A DNA stretch of 64,000 nt from Podarcis melisellensis (lineage: Eukaryota), in NCBI GenBank assembly GCA_964234715.1, contig OZ174284.1. One strand, written 5' to 3'. The translations under genes were made by a program, and so were the position numbers. Positions 1 to 13,197 of this stretch are shown piece after piece. The notes under the pieces are model-generated. The model ran no database searches. It saw only the letters and a program-made list of their open reading frames with translations, and was not told the DNA's origin. The stretch's first letter is position 1. Each line of letters begins with the position of its first letter.

Positions 1-616
1 AAGCTCTTTAGGATCCCATGAATTTCTTTCTCTTGAGGCTCACAAAGCGCACTCTTCAATCACAGTTCTGTCTTTATTCATTGGCTAAAAAACACTTAAA
101 CACAGGAGCAGACAGCCTAGCACATTGCTAAGTAGGTTACCTGAACATCTTGCTTTATAAGTTTATTTCTAGGAGGGCTAGATTTTTTAAATGAAAGCTC
201 ATAGTCTGGGGTCCCTGCTGGCAGTGGGCCTGTTAAATTGGTACCCACTTGGCATGCCTTTCAATCTTCACTTGGAATTTTATGTGATTTATGGACTGCA
301 GGCTGTTAGAATAACTCATTATAATATAGTGTTGTTAGACTTCAGGAGAGAGAATTGAAGTTATCTGCCACTAATTATAGGAAATATGGTATGTGCTCAG
401 TACCAGTTGCGTGCCTGGGTGGAGACCCCTGCGCCGCTCCAGTTGACAGCCCGAGACCAATGTTTTGTATAGTTCATTTGTAACTGCTTAGCAATTTTCC
501 ATTGCTTTCTTTGGTTAAAAGATTTTTTAAAGGGAGCAAAAATAGTTAGGCATCCATTAGTAGTCTGAGTTTTGTCTGAGCTGCTTCTTAATATTGTTTT
601 TATATCTTCCAAACAG

Positions 617-703
617 GTTTTGAAAAGGCCAGAATATTTTGGGAAATTTGGTAAAATACACAAAGTTGTAATCAACAACAGCACATCATATGCAGGCTCA
701 CAG
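617..703 (+). CDS. CNOT4: CNOT4 internal coding exon (RRM, part); gene continues upstream of the window
   Basis: aaacag|GTTTTG...TCACAG|gtaaga; 87 nt, phase 0-0; VLKRPEYFGKFGKIHKVVINNSTSYAGSQ matches the NOT4 RRM signature. Confidence 0.97.
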
Positions 704-2001
704 GTAAGATACTGATTTCCCCTTGACCTAGGTAAAAGGTGGGTGTTTAGCTGGAGTTCCAACAGTTTCAGTTGCATATGGACAACTCATTTTTGACATC
801 CTTGGGTCAAAAACATTCCATACAGGAACATTTCGGCAGCTCTGTTTTTGTTTGCATGTACTAAAACCAGAGTCAGATTAATTCTACAACGTAGACTACC
901 CAGCAGTAAGGTGTAAACTGCCCCTGAATTAGAATGTAATTTCAGTTAAGTGTAGCCTATGAATGTATTCCCCTGCAAACATGTGTCCAGATCTTTTCAT
1001 TTGTTCTGTCTGGAATGTACCTTCCTTATTATTGCTGCTTTGTACACCCCTGTTCAGCAATGTAGTTGCATTCTAACTTGGAGCACCCCATGATTTACTA
1101 TATCTGTTTTGCTGGTGCAGAAGCTGATATACTCGAAATATGTTATAGTTTTTCACTAAATAGAAAGATTGTATTGACTTCTGGGTGTGCATTATACCTT
1201 GGTGAAGATTTTTAATTATACCCTAATCTGGTTGATACGCTATTGTCATACTAATGAAAAAATTAATTCCTATTTCAAAGTATATGTTACTTTTTCATTC
1301 AAGTTTGTAAGTAGGAAAGGAATATGTTACTTGGAATGCTTAAGTTTTTAGAAGTTGGCTTCAAAATGGGTAGAGGAGGAAAGAGCAGGCAAAAAGTTAA
1401 CATAATTGTAAAGAAAGAAGGGAATCCAAATGCATGGTAAGGATTTTGGAGTAAAGCTGTTGTAGCCTTGTTGCTATGAATATCAGTGTACAGAGTTGGG
1501 AAACCATCAATTCAAACCTAACTTCAGCAAGCCCAACCTTGTATGGTATATAGTTGCTTCATTCTACTGATTTTACTCATATGTTCTGAAGAAACGAACA
1601 TAGTTTCCTCACTCTGAAGCAAGGAACATAGTTTTTTAAAAAAAATTTAGGTTTTGCATTCCTGTTGTAGCAGACATTGCCTTAGAAGTATTCCTTTGTG
1701 TTTGTTTTATGGATAGGAGTGCCTCTTAAAATGGTGCTTGCCAGGTGGAGTATTTAGAAGTACTTCTATGACAAAATGTGTTTTAAATTTGCTGTCCGAT
1801 TAGTCACAGGCACTTCTGTAATCTGTTTAAACTGATTATTCAAATATTGCAGTCATAATTACTACTGCACTTTTGCAAATGAATCCTTTGCCGAGGGCTT
1901 CTTATGAATTAAGTACTTCAGAATTTGGTGAAGTTCAGTGCTGCATTATAGGATGACTAATAAACTGACCTATGCGCATACACTTTTTTTTAATTATCTA
2001 G

Positions 2002-2103
2002 GGTCCAAGTGCAAGTGCATATGTAACTTACATCCGGTCAGAAGATGCACTCAGAGCCATACAGTGTGTCAATAATGTGGTAGTAGATGGAAGAACACTT
2101 AAG
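2002..2103 (+). CDS. CNOT4: CNOT4 coding exon (RRM)
   Basis: tctag|GGTCCA...CTTAAG|gtaata; 102 nt; GPSASAYVTYIRSEDALRAIQCVNNVVVDGRTLK. Confidence 0.97.
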
Positions 2104-2144
2104 GTAATATGAATGTATGTGTTTGTAACTATATAAGAATAAGG

Positions 2145-2145
<1 letters not shown>

Positions 2146-2220
<75 letters not shown>
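2146..2220. repeat. compound (TG)n(AG)n microsatellite
   Basis: Directly visible in the short intron after the 2002-2103 exon. Confidence 0.95.
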
Positions 2221-2223
<3 letters not shown>

Positions 2224-2356
2224 GTAATGGCAAATGTCTATGAGTACATGTAACTGAGCACCATGATACCAGAAGATGGATTCTAAAACAGGCTTACTTC
2301 TAAAGTATATAGTTTGTTGTCCTTTATGTCTCGTTAATGTCTCGTTTCCCCCCCAG

Positions 2357-2482
2357 GCGTCTTTAGGTACCACAAAATATTGCAGTTACTTTTTGAAGAA
2401 TATGCAGTGTCCTAAACCAGACTGTATGTATCTACATGAATTAGGGGATGAAGCAGCCAGTTTTACAAAAGAAGAGATGCAG
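2357..2482 (+). CDS. CNOT4: CNOT4 coding exon (C3H1 zinc finger)
   Basis: cccag|GCGTCT...ATGCAG|gtatgt; 126 nt; ASLGTTKYCSYFLKNMQCPKPDCMYLHELGDEAASFTKEEMQ with C-x8-C-x4-C-x3-H. Confidence 0.97.
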
Positions 2483-3928
2483 GTATGTGTGTTGCAACCT
2501 ATAGCATGAAATATTACTCTAAATGCCTCATATTTCTGATCTGAGCCAGTAAACTACAGTTTCGATTTCAGAATGCGGTTTAGAGAATGCACGATTGAAG
2601 TATTTAAGGCAACACCTGAGGAGAGTGGGAAGCATGCATACATGCATCATTTTATCTGTATGCCACCTTTCCATAGTTCAAACAATGCTCCAGGGGGCTT
2701 CCAACGTGAAAACAATTACATAGTTACAAACATAACAAAAGTAGTCATAAACAGTAAATAAAACATACCAGGAAGTGCACAATCAAGTAAAACAATTTCA
2801 ACCTTAAATCATAATAAGATCTAAAAATAAAGATACAAAAATTAACATCAGCAAGAGCAACAATACCAACACACACACACTATTCTCCAACCTAAGGGTC
2901 TGTTCAGCAGCTTCAGCTTTTGTAACTGGCGTCAGCCAGGGCCCCAACTTCCCAGGCCAAGTGGAAAAGGCCTACAGTGCAGGAAGCAGGTCTTCCAGGT
3001 CTCACAGCCAAGATGGTCCCTGTTGACCATGGCAGCCTGACAGTTGTTCAGCCAGGATATTTATGTCCAAACTGGCTTGACTGTCTTCTGTGCTCCTTCT
3101 TTTTGAAATGGAGATAATGCCCAGGGCTGGATTGAGAGGAAATATAAAGACTTTGAAGCATTCTTGCTGCAGATTTGAAGTTCTATAAACTGATCTGAGA
3201 ATAAAAGGTAGCAGTTATGTATTATATAAATATAATATAATAGTAAATCTCCTACATTATCATCTAAAGGCGATGCACAATAAAAACAGCAAATTAAAAA
3301 CTCAAAAAACCCTACATTTAAAAGAAAACTGAAAGCAGTAAAAATTAGAAACTCATGACAGAGATTCATTTATCCATCTGGATAAATGCACAAAAATGTC
3401 TGCAATAGTTATCAAAAGTGCAGGTAGTGGGTGCTTGTTGTACCTCAACAGGAATGCTATTCTGCAGAACAAGGGCCAGAACTCCGAACTCAGATCAACC
3501 CCAGTAAGTATGGGCAGTGGTCAGGGATGATGGGAAATGTGCCCCCCCACGTTACCTCTCCTTCCTTTAACTTATCACTCTGCACCTTCTGAGCAGGTTA
3601 CCTAAGAAACTGAAATGGGCATTGTGGGGTACACCTATGAAATGTGATCATTACTATGATTTGTTCTGAGGTTACCTTTCAGTGAAATTAGAAAGGTCTT
3701 AACCAGCTTACAGTAAACTCCCTTAGGCAGCATTGAATTTACATTCTTTCAAAAGAGCCCAAAATGGTTGTCATAGTCTTGTGATTTGGTGGGACATGGA
3801 CTAGGCTAGCTTAAAATAACCAAGCTTCTCTTATTTGAACATGAGAAATGAAATTTTGATGTAAAGATTTCACTGCAAATTGCCAGGTTGACAGTTGCAT
3901 TATTTTATAACTTTTTTTTCTACCCCAG

Positions 3929-4062
3929 GCTGGTAAGCATCAAGAATATGAACAGAAGTTACTCCAGGAATTATACAAGTTAAACCCCAACTTCCTCCAG
4001 CTGTCTTCAAATGCAGTTGACAAGAACAAGAACAAAGTGACTTCACTACAGAGGTATGATGT
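3929..4062 (+). CDS. CNOT4: CNOT4 coding exon with two alternative donors (ends 4053 or 4062)
   Basis: cccag|GCTGGT; AGKHQEYEQKLLQELYKLNPNFLQLSSNAVDKNKNKVTSLQ; donors AG|gtatga (4053) and GT|gtaagt (4062), both phase 2. Confidence 0.95.
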
Positions 4063-6936
4063 GTAAGTAAAGGTTCTCTGTGTGTGCTCTTTAGTTTTCA
4101 TCAAACCTCCCCCTTTACCCCTCTTTCTAAGCACTCTGCTTCACTGCCTTACTGCTTAAGCCAGCACACTTGACATCTTACTTCCTTTGCATCATTATAC
4201 AGATGTATGCAGCATTTTCAAACAACTGTTTCAGCAGATGTTCCCATTAATGCATCATTTACAATTGTAAAATAGTATGGTTTGGTGTGAAATAGCAGGG
4301 CATGTCATTAAACTGGAAATACAAAATACAAGATTTACTCATTTTAAGTACAACACAACATTACTATGAATGTGTGAGTCCACCTTGCCTTTAGAAGGTG
4401 AGAATGCCACAAAGGACTCATCTGAAAGACAAAGTTAGTGTAAAATGTTCTGACTCATTGCAACTTAGTTGAGATTTTTGTTTCAATACGTTGGCTGCTA
4501 ATATGTAGGGTGCAGACTTTGACAGAGTAACATAGATTTATATGTCTGTTTAATGAAAGGTTGCTGAGGGTTTTTTGATTTAGCACCTATCTATTCCAAG
4601 TAACAATTTTAAGTGGTTGTCTATTTCTGGAAAAGCTTACATTACTTAATAACAGAAACGCCATTAATATTTAGAATATGACATAAGGTTTGTGCTTGCA
4701 AGATACTTCTTTAGTTTGAATGGTAGTCAGACTACTATTACCTCTGGTTTAACCTCTTGAACTATTAATAAGGGAAACCTAAATGAATGGGAAAATCTAT
4801 TTGTGACTGAACACCTGAACTTTGTGACCATGGCAAATGATTGGTGAACAAGAATTTGCACTCTTTAGATCCTTCTTAATGGGGATCCTTTTCCAATAAG
4901 ATTTCAAGAGCAGCCTTGCTCAGGATCCTAAGCAATTTTTCCAGTGTCAAATCTTAGCGGATCAGCATTGCCTCTTAAAGGAAAAGACAAATCTTGTATT
5001 AAGGAAAGTTGATACTTTGACTCTGGGCAGAACATCAGATCAGTTTTGTCATTTGCCAGCCTCTCATATGGATAATGATACCTTCTTACTCTCTTGGCTG
5101 TTGTATTAGTGTGAGCTTTGCGAGAGAAATACTGTTTCTTCAAGAGCATCAAAAGAAATAAACCAAACATGCAAGAGTCAAGTCATGTTTTCTCACAGTG
5201 TGTTCTGAGACCTGATGGAGTCACATCATAAGGCAAGAAGAAACAGCAAGAAGACAATGTATTTAGAAATGGCTACAAATTTGGCTCTGTCCAGTCTCTG
5301 CAGTAGGAATTTTTCAAGAACTTAATTACCATTCTTACAAAAAAGCCCAAGGTAGATTGGGTATGCATGACAAAGTAGAAATAAGCTTACTTCCTACTGG
5401 TTCATTCTGAATTGTCTGTGCTGTCTCAGCAGTCTTACATCTCCAGTGATTTATTTTATAAGATCCCAGTAAGCTGAAGAAACTGAATAAATGTTAGGTT
5501 CTTGCTATCCTCTTGTCATCTGTTTTGATGTTTTTTGCCACTCTTTGCTGTGAATCTAAGTTCTTAAGCATAGAGTTCAGCTTTGTTCCTGAAACAAGTG
5601 TCATCTAAGTGGCAAATAAGTTGGTTCTGCATTCAAAACAGAAAATGCATCTGCTGTATACTTCATGAAGATTTTCTGTCATGATTTCTTTATTACTATT
5701 TTTTCTGTTCAAACTAAACTTCCATTGGTCCAGAGAAAAGGCCGTGATTCCCACTGCTTTCTGATTTCATACAGTTCTTGTGGGCAGTAACTTGAAATGC
5801 TGACAGAAATAGCCAGTTTGTGAGTTCACTCATCAGTTACCAGCATTCAGATCTGGAAGAGACGTAGACAAGCAACTTTTATGTGGGTGTAAGCTTTAGA
5901 ACACGGTAGGCAAGCAGATAAGAATTACATGGCAGACTGATTTTCAACTTGATAAATGGAACTGACAGTGCCATATTTACCTTCTTGTAGTGTCTGCTTT
6001 ATGGAACCAATCCTGAAATGCATGGAAAGATGAGGAATCAATATAAAAATTGAAAATGCAATCAATTTTTGTTAGTTAGATCTGTGACGCTTGGTTTTAA
6101 AAAGCAGGGTGTGTCTGTTCCACATTCATTTTGAGAACTCATAAATTTATTGCATTTCAAGGAATGAATGGCACGACAAGATAAACATTTTGAAAAGAGC
6201 ACAGGTCTCTAAACATAATCATTATAAGTTACAGTTCTAAATATTCTTCATTCTTTTCTGGGATGATGATTTTAAAAATAGGGTGAAACTGAAGGACTAA
6301 TTAGGAGAAAGAAACATTTATAATTATGTTGATGATAAATATTAATATTTATTTGCATATACATACAAAACCCAGCAGGGAATGTCTGTTTAAAGATGCG
6401 ATTCCCTGCTTCAGTTTACCTTTATTCATCCTCTCAAATAATTTTACACACCAAAAGAACCTTATTTAGTGATCTATGCTTATATTAGCCTGAGTTTTGA
6501 AACTTTGGGAATCAATATTTGAAACGAGACAAATTGGGTAATTTAGAACTTACCAGCACCGGTACAGTGATATTTCAGAAGTGTATAATGCCGGTCACAT
6601 GGGGGAAATCCTCAAGGACAAAGCTTGGATATAGCATATGAAGGGTAGGGGTAACATTACTCATAAAACTGGAGAATGTTGGGATGAAAGAACAGTTTAA
6701 GGACCACATGTCTTGGTGGGATTCACCTAATTAAAAAACAACTATAAGTGTAAACTGCCTGCCTGGTGCAAGAAAACAGTTTCTTTCTACAGTCTTAATA
6801 GCAGACATTAAGTTTTCTGTTGAAGACCTCCATATTCCTCTGCACAGTATATGGCATGAGGAATAATTTTCCCAGTGTTTCACTATTAAGATTTTCTACA
6901 TAACTTGAACTCTCTTTTACTTTCACCTCTTTCCAG

Positions 6937-7092
6937 ACCCAACAGTAATAACAAAGATGCCTGGCCATCATTACAGAGTTCAAGTAAATCAGTCAACGGC
7001 TTAACTATGGAACACAGGAAAACGCCTCCTATTTTAGAAAATGGCACAGACTCAGAACACATGACTCCAGATGGTCCAGATTCAGATTTCGG
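6937..7092 (+). CDS. CNOT4: CNOT4 symmetric cassette exon (52 codons)
   Basis: Long polypyrimidine tract ctctttccag|A, donor GG|gtaatt; 156 nt, phase 2-2, open in the CNOT4 frame: PNSNNKDAWPSLQSSSKSVNGLTMEHRKTPPILENGTDSEHMTPDGPDSDFG. Confidence 0.85.
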
Positions 7093-9779
7093 GTAATTGT
7101 GCTGCCTTTTATACTTTAGTTAGCTTTCTTTCTCTCTCACTGATGTGGAGGGATGATTCTCCAGCCTCTGTCAAGAGAGCTGGTTTCAAGTTAAAATGGT
7201 TGGCCTGAACCACTAGGTGATGCCTAGGTGGGGGGACTGCACATTATTTTGCAATGGGCAGTTTGTTCAGGAGAAGTCTGTGTCTAGGCCAGAAGATGAT
7301 TTTTAAAGGTAAGGGTTGTGGAAAAGGCAAGGCATTTTGAAACAAGTTTCCTTCTGCGTCTGTGTTCTAGCAAACCACGTACCTCACTTCAGCAAACATT
7401 TTTTAATGTTCTTTAAGAGAAAAAGTTGCATAGTAGGAACTCTCATCTTTTAGGTAAGAGTCATTTAATTAATTGTCTTGAATACTCTGATCTCAGTTGG
7501 CAGATCGAAGCACATTATACTCTTCACCCAGGCATTTTGTTAAGCAAGTATGGCACTGGATTGAGATCCATCAGCTTTCCCCTCCCTTTAGACTACTAAG
7601 ACTACTTGAATTTGTGTTTAATACTGCAATATGTCCCTTGCATCATAAGCATCATTGTGGGGCTTTTAACAAGTTGGATTAAAAATGCAAGTTGCATAGC
7701 ACAGCATATTATGCTTTTGAATTGGGAATACTGATGTGTACTGTTGCAGTGTGGAAACTGCTTTCTTAGGCTCTAGTTTCCCACCTGTAATAGGTTGAGG
7801 TGCGGGAAAGTGGCCATATAAGTTGCCTGACTCCATTGTTTCTTGTTCTAGTGTTAATGAGGCACCAGAACACAGGAGGTTACTTCCATTATGCACCAGT
7901 AATGTATGAGCTGGGTCTAAGAAGCTTATTAGGAAATAGAGTAACTCACTGAATACCTTGTATTCTTGTTCTAACATTGACCTAATATTTCAGACTTCAT
8001 CACTAGAAATCATTGCAGACATCAGCACTTTTGGAAGTAGAATGTCAATAGAAGAGCTTTTCTATTTAGAAAAACATCCCATTACCTACTTTTGAAGCTG
8101 TCCTGCTGAGAAGAAAGTGATCTGCTTTAGGTATTCCATTGTGGATTACCATAGCACTATTGAAATGTTGTAGTAATGCTTTATATGAAGCTAAGCATCT
8201 CTTAGGCTCTTGTTTAGTTATGAGCCTGAAAAAATGATCTGAAAATGTTCTACACATCTGTAGTACTGGTTCAGCTGATCAGGATCTAAAAGTCCACACA
8301 ATGAATAGGACTTTCTCATCTTTCCCCACTACTGTCTCATCTTCCTCCACCACCATCCCACAACCACTCCTGAAGGTTAGAAAACATTTCAGAGCAAGAT
8401 TTAACATGGTACAAAAGGACTACAGTTGAAATAAAAAATTGGCAACCTTTCCTCCGTGAGTGGAAGAGCTTTTTACTCTTACCTTAAGAATCTTTTGGTT
8501 CCAGCCTTCGCCTGTGGCTAGTCTTATGCCTAAAATGGGCTGATTTGGTACTTTTGAAACCATATTCAGTGCTTCCTCTAAGTGGATCATAGGTCTAATC
8601 CAGATATCAAGATTTTCAGAGGCATGCTATCACAGACTTAACAGGAACTCAAGCCTATTTATTAGTAAAGGGGTTTTGAACATCTGGAAACTTCTATGAG
8701 ACAGCTGTGTTTCTGGCCGCAGGACTGAAAGACTGCAATATTTCTAATAATGAGAAAATAATTAAGAAATAATTAAGTTTTGTGTTTGAATAATTAATTT
8801 AAAAGTTTCAGTTCATTATGAGTGTTAAATAGTTTTACACAAAGAAAAAACAATCCGTTTCACCTAGTTTTACTCCATGCTTTGCTTAAAAATATATATA
8901 GTGTTAAGTAGGCTGAAACAATGTAATATATACATTTATATGTTTCCCTCTTTGCCTGTGGACTTAAGATAATTCAACAGATATTGAAAGAGTAGTGTTC
9001 TGCCAAAACCTCTAAAATGTAGGCTATAGCTGGAGTATAGTGGTTGTTTGATTTTTGAGTTTGTATGACTTAACAAACATAAATTCATTTTAGAATACTT
9101 TCTTGTGTTGACTTCCTGTTTCTGTAATTGATTCAGATGAGACTGTATATAGTCTTGGTTATCCAGTCCAATATCATCCACAGACACGTGAAAACAGACC
9201 TATGTCTATGTGCTTAGAATTAGACTTTATTGTAGGAAGAGTTTGGGAATGACCAGTATAGCTTTGACTAGATCACTAAATTCAGGGTCACACCTCACAA
9301 GTATCAATCTTAAAAGCAGGAAGTGATTCTGCTCATTTACACTCAATGGCTGAGATAAAATCAGCAAATGATTTACTTGCCTGCTTGACGCTCCCTCTTT
9401 TTTCTTTGTTACCTTTTAAAAGGTTAGGATTATGTTGTCATTCAGTTGCATAAGGGATTATGGTGTCTGCAGCCAGAGCACTTTACACAAAGTACTGGAG
9501 GCTGCAAAGTATACCATATGCAGGAGATTGGATAGAGCAAGTGTGGGAATATGCACTTGGGGCAAAACTAACAAGTTTGAGAAAAAAGGAGAGGAAATTG
9601 GTCTTGTTTTGTCAAATATTGTAATTAATTCGAATGTCTTTGCTTATCAATCTTATGTTTTAGGGTGTTTGAATTTTTTATGTTTAACTAGTGCAGAAAA
9701 AGAAAATATATATATTGTTTTATATATGACTATTTTAATAGATGCTCACTTGGTTGACATCTTAATTGAGCTATCCAGT

Positions 9780-10560
9780 TTGACCCCAAGATCTCCTTCC
9801 TGATCAGTCACAACCAGTTTGGACCCCATGAGTGTATATGTAAAGTTAGGGGTTTTTGCTCCACTATGCATCACTTTACACTTGCTCACATCAATCTACA
9901 TTTCCCATTTTAATGCCCATTCACCTAGTTTCAATATACCCTTTTGGATCTCCTTGCAATTTCTTTATGTTTTTAATACTCTGAACAACTTAGTGTCATC
10001 AGCAAACCAGGTTACTTCTGTACTAACTCCAGGTCATTTATGAACAAGTTAAAAAGCACTGGTTACAGTACTGATTTTTGCATTCCCTATAGAGGAACAA
10101 CCGTCTTATTTATTCCTGCTTTCTGTTACTTAACCAGTTGCTCATCCATAAGAGGACCTGTCTTCTTTTCCCATGACTGCTAAACTTGTTCTAGGTTCTT
10201 TTGGTGAGAGAATTTATCAAAAGCTTTTTGAGAGTCTCAAGTATGCTTGTTGACACCCTCAAAGAACTTTAATGGGTTGGTGAGACAGGACATACCCTTG
10301 TGGAAGCCATGCTGCTTTTGCTTCGGCCTGACTTGCTCTTCTGCATGTTTGGTAATTCAATTTTTAATAATTCTGCCCACCAGTTTTACTAGACTAGATG
10401 TTAAGTTAAGCTGCCTATAAAGTTCCAAGTCTTAGCTGGATTCTTTTTAAACAATAGGTGCTAGCTACATTGAGCAGTTTCCAGTCCTCTAGTATGGAGG
10501 CTGATTTTAGGGACAAATTACGTATTTATATTAGATCAGCAATTTCACATTTGAACCACT
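9780..10560 (-). mobile_element. degraded CR1 LINE fragment (reverse transcriptase region)
   Basis: Reverse complement carries decayed LFINDL and FADDT motifs (aggtcatttatgaacaag; gtgtcatcagcaaac); many indels; boundaries approximate. Confidence 0.75.
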
Positions 10561-11625
10561 GAGGAAGCTCCCTTGTGTAACCCAGATGCTTTGGTCATTG
10601 GCTGTGAGACGCTTTCAGTCTTAAAGTCACATAGCAGGCAGATATTTTCTGAATATTTGCATTTGTCCATCAGTTGATGTCCAGTGGCTTACTGCAACAC
10701 CTGCTGGATTTGTCAACAAGATAGTGACAGTATATTATTTTCCAGTTGAACTGCCATATCAACCAATTTATTTTCCAGCATCTTGGTTTCTTCTAGTGTC
10801 TCAAATGTTAGCCTTACTTAATACTGCAGGTTGTGCTAGCATACATTTGCAGCCTGAACCCAGCCAGTGCACCTTCCATCATGCATGCCTGGCCTGATCC
10901 CCTTCGCTCACTTAGCTTTTGACAGCACCTGATCTGGTATCTCTCCTTGTCCTGCTGTCACCATTCCTTCCTCAACTCATTCTTTTCATGGTTTTTGTAA
11001 TTGCTGATCTTATTCCAAGTTTTGTCTTGTCCTTTCCTGGCTCTTCCTGTTGCTCTGCTGTTCTGATTTTGGGTGAGTGGATGCCTGAGCGGCTGGAGCT
11101 TCAGTTTTGTCTCCTGTTGTGTTTAAGTGAGAGGTTGTGACAGCATTCCGATTGTCTTGAAACTGAAGCAGCACAAAGGAGAAGTGAGCTTTTCTGCTGT
11201 GGTGAATAATATTATTGGTTCATTCACTTTCTCTTTTACTTTTATTCCTTTTGCCTCTTCTCTTTCTTTAATGTCTCTCCTCTCTTTACAACTCATTGTA
11301 CTGAAATCTAAATTGGGGAGTCCTCTGCGCTCCATCAATCTCAAGTTGAGCACAAAGCTCTTATAAATAGATATGGTGCCTGCTTCATGGACACCAGTTT
11401 AATGTCGGGGGCTGATAGTAGGGGCAATAGACAAACTTTGATTGCTGTGAGGTTACACTGAGTAACAACGAACAAGCAGAATGTGCAAGATGGAGCTAAT
11501 CAGCTTGTTGTCAGTTATCTCCATGAACTAGGTTTTCTAAAATAACTTTTAAAATTAATTCCTACAGTTTCAGGCCATCAGGCTGTGTCTTATACATTTG
11601 CCTAATAGTTTTTCTTTCTCTCTAG

Positions 11626-11683
11626 CACTATCGACAAACCTTCAGATTCTCTCAGTATAGGAAACTGTGATAACTCGCAGCAG
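11626..11683 (+). CDS. CNOT4: CNOT4 coding exon (58 nt)
   Basis: ctctag|CACTAT...CAGCAG|gtaaga; phase 2-0; TIDKPSDSLSIGNCDNSQQ. Confidence 0.95.
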
Positions 11684-11946
11684 GTAAGATTTGAGAACCA
11701 ACACTTTTTAACTCTTGTTAACTGCATACCCTTATATTTGCAAAAGTACTATATTGTCTGTTGAAATATTTATTTGCCATAATCTTAAATATACCTTCCT
11801 GCCTATCAGCTGCATAAGAGGGTTGCTTGATTAAAACTTTATACTAGCTGTAAAAACACATGTTATTTGGAAATGACCAAATGGTTGTTAAAAGAAGAAA
11901 CTGTTTTTACTATACAATTGTAAAACTGTTTTCTTTTTCTTTTTAG

Positions 11947-12196
11947 ATATCAAATAGTGACACACCTTCACCCCCACCCGGCTTATCAAAATCCAATTCA
12001 GTTATCCCCATCAGTTCATCCAATCACAGTGCACGGTCTCCCTTTGAAGGGGCTATAACAGAGTCACAGTCTCTCTTCTCGGACAACTTCCGGCACCCCA
12101 ACCCTATTCCAAGTGGACTCCCTCCATTTCCCAGCTCCCCACAGACTTCAAATGACTGGCCAATGGCACCAGAGCCACAGAGCCTCTTCACATCAG
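11947..12196 (+). CDS. CNOT4: CNOT4 coding exon (Ser/Pro-rich region)
   Basis: ttttag|ATATCA...ACATCAG|gtatag; 250 nt, phase 0-1; ISNSDTPSPPPGLSK...DWPMAPEPQSLFTS. Confidence 0.96.
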
Positions 12197-12977
12197 GTAT
12201 AGTATTAGTTAGACAACCCATGCACGCAGTAGCTTGAAATAATATCTTCAGGCTCTTACATTTACTTATAGTTTAGCATGAACTTGACTGTGCTGCTCAG
12301 TACTACTCCAGTTTAAAGAACTTGTGAATATGTTACAATTATTATTTTGTGAAGTGCTTTACTTTTTTCATAGCTGGTGGAAATGTAGATTCAAAACAAA
12401 GATTCAAAATAAAGAAAACCTTACATAAATCATACTTTGTGCTTTGTATGCATATGGTCATTGATGCTAATGAGCAATGAGACCAATAAGAACATTTTGC
12501 TTAAAATTACAAGCAGTGAGACATTTTCATTAGTAACTGAACAGTGCTTCTCAATCAAGTTTCGTCATGTAGGATATCTTTTGTATTATCTAGCCTCTAG
12601 CAAGAAATATATGCAGTGGAAAGAGTGGCTTCTTACATTTAAAAGATGAAGAAGTGCTACTGTAATGTGTTGCAGAAGGTGGATGGGAAATTCATAGGGT
12701 TGGATCTTGAAAACCATGAGGTGCTTCTGCCAGATTTTTCAGCAACTTCCCTAGTAGGCCCACACAGCCTCCACCTCAATTTTCTAAAGGAGCTTGTTTC
12801 CTTCGGGAGGAGCTTTTCAGGTGAGACAGAAATGTGAAAATCCCAAGTAGAGGATCAGTTTAGAACTATAGGGAAGAAAAATGCAAAGATAAAGAAAGTT
12901 GCTTTCTTGGTAACTGTACACCACTAGAACATAAAGGATATTGTGAGCTTTAATCTAAAAACGAGTTGCCCCTAGAA

Positions 12978-13084
12978 GAGGATTTCCCAACCTGTTACTC
13001 TCCAGATATTTTGGACTACAACTCCAAGGACCAATGGGAATTATAATCCAAAACATCTGGAGAGTACCAGGCTAGGGAAAACTG
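12978..13084. mobile_element. palindromic hAT-type MITE
   Basis: Long inverted arms (ctctccagatattttggactacaactcc / ggaattataatccaaaacatctggagag); imperfect 8-bp flanks ccctagaa/ccatagga. Confidence 0.75.
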
Positions 13085-13197
13085 CCATAGGAATGAGAAT
13101 AACCAATTATTGGAAAGGGAAATCGGTCAGTATTTTAACTCATCTTAAGCTGGGAAAATGCAGCTTTGTCTTTAATAGCCTGTTTTAAATCCCACAG

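Noticed and set aside
397-777. 126-aa minus-strand ORF, and similar antisense ORFs at 2038, 3940, 12024, 13172 and 31171
   Set aside because: Shadows of CNOT4 exons or microsatellites on the opposite strand; no recognisable domain or splice structure
10780-11520. Possible LINE ORF1 remnant or hydrophobic ORFs (10919-11366)
   Set aside because: Looks like a decayed repeat, but I could not assign a family or a credible coding frame
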